This document shows positions 62,487 through 64,000 of a stretch of DNA of 64,000 nucleotides, piece by piece. The notes below the pieces were generated by a model. The model was not told the DNA's origin. It saw nothing but the letters and a program-made list of their open reading frames with translations, and searched no databases. Source of the DNA: Tubulanus polymorphus. Taxonomy: Eukaryota; Animalia; Nemertea. The position numbers were made by a program, and so were the translations under genes. The stretch is taken from contig NC_134026.1 in NCBI RefSeq assembly GCF_964204645.1, forward strand, positions 11,307,950 to 11,371,949. Direction: 5' to 3'. The stretch's first letter is position 1. Each line of letters starts with the position of its first letter.

Positions 62487-63338
62487 ATGGAAGGAGGTAA
62501 AGTATATAACCATATTCCATACATCGATACACATGAAAATAATAATGGCTTATATTATGTAATACCTTGTAATATAGCTTTGATATTTGATCCTATTTTC
62601 AAAATTTATAAAACTAAACTAATAGAAATCGATAATAATAAAAGTGGTGTTGTTGATAATTTAAGTAATGTAATTGATAATAATGTAATACCTTCTACAT
62701 CTAATAATGTAATACCTTCTACATCTAATAATGTAATACCTTCTACATCTAATAATGTAATACCTTCTACATCTAATAATGAAATAATATTAAATATTAG
62801 TGAAAATAGGAATTATTGTGATTATTGTAAAAGTGAATTTTCAAACGCTCCATCAAATTGGAATAATCATATGAATACAAATTCACATATTATTAACGTA
62901 ATAGATCGTGTTGGTATAAGAGAATTTATAGAACGCCCATTTAATTATGTTACAAAGTTTGTTTCAAATAAAAAAGTAGATTTATATAAAGATTTATTAG
63001 GTGAATTTTTATCTAAGGAACCTAGTAATGATGAATTAGATTTACCTGCTGCTAAAAAAATATTAGAATCAAGCATTGTAAATACAATATTAAGGTCAAA
63101 CACTAAGAAAGATGACAATGAAAATATAGTTACAGGAAAGCGCATTGATAATAAAGATTCTATGAAACTGAAATCAGAAAATAAAGATATAGTTGAGATG
63201 ACTAATAAGTATATCAATAAACCAATTATTGATGAAGATATGGTAGAGAATTTGAACAAATTGTTAGGGTTTGATGATGAATTGGAGAGTGATGATGAAA
63301 GTGATTTAGAAAGTAATTATCTAACACTCAAAAAGTAA
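62487..63338 (+). CDS. Copy B accessory protein with NNVIPSTS x4 repeat and a C2H2-like finger
   Basis: 24-bp unit x4 at 62679-62774; CDYC...HMNTNSH; acidic tail. Confidence 0.7.
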   Translation: MEGGKVYNHIPYIDTHENNNGLYYVIPCNIALIFDPIFKIYKTKLIEIDNNKSGVVDNLSNVIDNNVIPSTSNNVIPSTSNNVIPSTSNNVIPSTSNNEIILNISENRNYCDYCKSEFSNAPSNWNNHMNTNSHIINVIDRVGIREFIERPFNYVTKFVSNKKVDLYKDLLGEFLSKEPSNDELDLPAAKKILESSIVNTILRSNTKKDDNENIVTGKRIDNKDSMKLKSENKDIVEMTNKYINKPIIDEDMVENLNKLLGFDDELESDDESDLESNYLTLKK

Positions 63339-63658
63339 TAAAGGTTGAAAATTGTATAAAATAATAGTAAATAAAAACCGGGGTTTTAAGTATTTATGTA
63401 TCTAATACGTATTTAATACGTATTATTTGAAAATACCTTAAATTATATTTTTTTTAAATTTATATTGAAACCTCAGTAATATTAAATAACCTTTATTATT
63501 TTCAAACTTATTCATATATTAGTTGAAAAAATAAAAATAAATTGGTTGCAAATTGTATGAATAATATTTATTTTAAAAAGGGAGTTTTAAGTATTAATGT
63601 ATTTAATACGTATCTAATACGTATTTAATACGTATTAGATACATAGATATATAAAGAG

Positions 63659-64000
63659 TTATTTTATAAATTTATATTCATATGGAAATTGAAACCTCAG
63701 TAATAATTTTGAACCTTTATTATTCTTTAATTTATTCATATATTCATCATATAATTCAGTAGGTATAATATCATTTTCTTCCAATGATTGTTGCATAGAT
63801 TTTTTAGATTTGTTATAAAATAAAACTAGAAATCTTATATTATCCCTAAAGTTTTTAACAATTGAATTATATTTTTGATTTAAAACCCATGTTGTTATCC
63901 CAAAATGTCTCCCAGAGAAAGCTAAATAACAAAACTCACTTTCTCTAACTTTTGAATCAAGTAAATTTGCACAATCATCTATAATGAATAATGTATTTGA
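63659..64000 (-). CDS. Copy B packaging ATPase, C-terminal part
   Basis: FIIDDCANL...SGRHFGITTWVLNQKYNSIVK...FPYEYKFIK. Confidence 0.9.
   Translation of the reverse strand, partial: SNTLFIIDDCANLLDSKVRESEFCYLAFSGRHFGITTWVLNQKYNSIVKNFRDNIRFLVLFYNKSKKSMQQSLEENDIIPTELYDEYMNKLKNNKGSKLLLRFQFPYEYKFIK

Larger units (their letters stand above)
60629..64000 (+). mobile_element. Polinton copy B, right part (runs off the window)
   Basis: GasderminX-like C-part, MCP, accessory gene, convergent ATPase. Confidence 0.9.

Overview
This is eukaryotic (animal-type, spliced genes) repeat-dense DNA with no ordinary host gene; all counts and alignments were done by eye. Left part (1-26.6 kb): Penelope-like retroelements with hammerhead ribozymes, an apparently intact EnSpm/CACTA transposon (2915-11687; transposase plus a spliced SAM-domain gene), a spliced CaRF-like/MULE transposase gene, a truncated CR1/L2-type LINE, Helentron-type (HINE/DINE-like) repeats and MITEs. 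Right part (26.6-64 kb): three nested, very AT-rich Polinton/Maverick (adintovirus-like) elements. Old copy A is interrupted in polB by copy B (starts 34756). Copy B is interrupted in its GasderminX-like gene by inverted copy C (44519-60628, ~595-bp TIRs, near-perfect 6-bp TSD). Two signals stand out. (1) Every visible Polinton end begins with a ~360-410-bp self-complementary palindrome whose arms co-vary between copies and whose mismatches are mostly G-T wobbles on the 3'-terminal strand. (2) Most Polinton genes start at TAAATG, often after a T-run, the layout of poxvirus late promoters. Together they suggest, as a hypothesis, an endogenised hairpin-ended, virophage-like parasite of a pox-like/NCLDV helper virus.
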